Shown piece by piece: positions 61,661 through 64,000 of a stretch of DNA of 64,000 nucleotides (the first letter of the stretch is position 1; each line of letters starts with the position of its first letter). The notes under the pieces were generated by a model. That model saw nothing but the letters and a program-made list of their open reading frames with translations. It did no database searches and had not been told where the DNA came from. This DNA comes from Hypanus sabinus (Eukaryota). The DNA is taken from contig NC_082730.1 in NCBI RefSeq assembly GCF_030144855.1, forward strand, positions 14,260,001-14,324,000, in the 5' to 3' direction. Made by a program: the position numbers and the translations under genes.

Positions 61661-61713
61661 CTCAGTGGCCACTTTATTAGGTACCTCCCATACGTCATAA
61701 AGTGGCCACAGAG
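61661..61713. mobile_element. Tc1-derived minimal inverted-repeat remnant
   Basis: ctcagtggccactttat ... ataaagtggccacagag: 17-bp inverted repeat with 1 mismatch around a ~19-nt spacer. Confidence 0.6.
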
Positions 61714-63129
61714 TGTATATTCATGCTCTGTTACTGCTACTGACTGCTACTGTGGCTCATTCAGTTCAAGGTTTGACTTGTTTTTCAGCACGCCACTGTC
61801 AGAATGCATGATTATTTGAACTCTTGTCGTATTTCTCTCAGCTTGAACCAGCCTGGTCAATCTTCTCTTAGCTGCCTCATTAACAAGGCATTTTTGCTCT
61901 CAGAATTTCTGCTCACTAGATACTTCTTTGGTTTTCTCACCATTCTCTGTAAACTCAAGGTCCTGTTGGGCATGAATATCCCGGGAGATCAACGGTTTCT
62001 GAGATACTCAAACCTCCCCTTCTTGTACCAATGACTAAGTTACATTTACTAAGATCACATTTCCTCTTCATCCTTTTGTTTGGCCTGAGCAACAACTGAA
62101 CCCTCTTGACTATGTCTGCATGCTTTTATGAACTGTTCGTCACTGAGGAAATATTGCCTGAAAAACCTGCTGGAATTTTTTGTGGAAATTCAAGGCAGGA
62201 TAGACAAAGGAGAGTCGGTTAATCCTGTTTACTTGAATGTTTAGAAGGCCTCTGACAAGGGTGCTTAACAAGATAAGAACCCATGTTATTGCTGGAAAGA
62301 TTATGGCTGACTGTCAGCAGGCAAAGACTGGTAATAAAGAGAACCTATCTGTTTGTCTGTCAGTGACTCGTAGTGCTCTGCATGTGTTTGGACTGCATGA
62401 CGGAATGGCAGAGTTGACTGTAAGGGCTGAATGGTCTAATTCTACTCTTTCATATTATGGTCCCTTTGTCTTATTGTCATCAGTAGTTTTAGGATTTTTG
62501 GGCAGACCCTGTGTATTAGAAATGGCTGAAACCGAGTTTCTGGTTGCTGATTAAAATACCTCATTCGCTCTGAGATATGAGAAAGGAATTCATTGCTTCT
62601 CTTTGCATCTATGTTCAGGTATGAACAAGGCTGCTGCATTTCATGATTGTGTGCAGGAAAACAAATCTTCAAAATCCATGGAAAACACTGCAGGAATGCC
62701 TGTAGTAGGTGTCCAGCTTGCTACTCCATGAGATTTACGCATTTCTGTGCTGAACCGAGGTTGTGGCCTGTAATTAATGGCTCCTGAATCGGTGGCAGTG
62801 ATGACTGGCTTTGTATCTGTGACTCACCTTTGTGAATTTAAGTTCTGAAAGTAATTCGGATAGTTTTATGGTTTGCATGGATTTTTCTGGACCTTTGTGT
62901 TTGACGGTCTTTTTAATGTTCTATTTATTTTTTTTTGTTTTGTGGCTGCCTATAAAGAGACAAATCATAAGGTTGTATATAATTTACATACTTTGATAAT
63001 AAATATAGTTTGAATTTTTAAATTGAAGTCCAATCTGATTGGCTGTAATTCCATAAGCTGCCTCATTTATGCAATGAAATAGAATTCTGAATTTAACTTT
63101 TCAGAAATCTGTTCCAGTTTAGAAAGGAT

Positions 63130-63860
63130 GCTGCAGTCATGGAGTTAACAGTTGTGGATACAGGAGCTTCACCCCAAATCGTCCATGCTAACCACAGTGT
63201 CTTCCTGAGCTTCTCCCATTTCCCTGAATTTGACTGCTATCCTTCTAAAGCTGTTTTGTACAAGAAGTTGATTGAAAGTATTTTAAATAGTGTATTTGTA
63301 ACCACTTCCAGCACTTCCTCTGGCAGCCTTTTCCACTGCTCTGTGTGGATACACTGCCCCTCCAGACCCTCCAAGAATTTCCCCTCTTTCCTCAAGCCAA
63401 GGCTCGCTGATTATTGACTCCCCTACCCTGGGATAAAGAGTGCAACCATCCACCATAGTTCTGTCCCTCTTCATTTTTAACCATCTATCAGTTCACCCCT
63501 CAGCTGTATTCACTTCAGGAAAAACTGTCCCAACCTATCTATAACCCAAACTCTCCCTTCCCAGCAGCATCTTTGTGAATGTTTTCTGTATCCTTTCGAA
63601 TTTAATCACACTCTTCCTCTGGAACTTGCCATAGTAGTCTAGTTGAGGTCTTGTCAACGTCCTTTATCACTGCAACATGCCATCCCAACTGTACTTAATG
63701 CCCCATCCAATGAAGGCAAGCATGGCATTTGCCTTGTTCACCACTTTGTCCACCTGCCTTACCACTTTCGGGCACATTTTATTTGTTGCCACAGCAAATA
63801 TTTTTAACCCTGTCACAGCTGTGAACTCCTTAAGGCTATTCTACTCTATTAAGCTCTCTA
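63130..63860 (-). mobile_element. CR1 RT C-terminal and 3' fragment
   Basis: Antisense KANAMLAFIG...LSWDGML and LYPRVGES...WLEERGE motifs. Confidence 0.7.
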
Positions 63861-64000
63861 CTATGGATTTAAATGCCAGAGGTCATTGTATCTACAAATA
63901 ACCAATAAGCAGTCAGTTAGAATACTTGTTTATAAACTGCTGAAGTTAATAAGTTATTTATCCGTTTGGTTTAGTTGAGAATGAAACTTTATACATGACA

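Overview
Vertebrate (not prokaryotic) genomic DNA, most likely a cartilaginous fish such as a ray or shark. That assignment is inferred from HE1/V-SINE-like and SacSINE-like SINEs, CR1 with an esterase ORF1, Rex1/Babar, L1, RTE, Penelope-derived hairpins and Gmr1-like Gypsy. Most of the window is decayed transposable elements, and nearly all ORF-track entries are TE fragments or noise. The host content is a tandem (+ strand) cluster of CD300/pIgR (CMRF35)-like immunoglobulin-superfamily receptors, reconstructed from splice signals and exon phases. (1) The 3' end of an inhibitory receptor whose two cytoplasmic exons are present twice: 2393-6181 is damaged by a CR1 insertion, while 13188-15531 is intact with three ITIMs. 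(2) A complete, phase-consistent 9-exon gene model, 26167-52537 (1956 nt, 651 aa): leader, V, V, V, C2-like, V, Ser/Thr stalk, Arg/Lys-containing transmembrane segment and a short tyrosine-free tail, i.e. a probable activating partner. Three of its V exons lie in an 881-bp tandem array with apparently identical introns but diversified exons, and every V exon sits directly behind a LINE 3' tail. Downstream (53.6-61.3 kb) is an approximately 5-kb duplicated block with exon-like relics. Two N gaps (25323-25485, 46172-46314) limit certainty about the assembly. All gene models are predictions; none is transcript-supported here.
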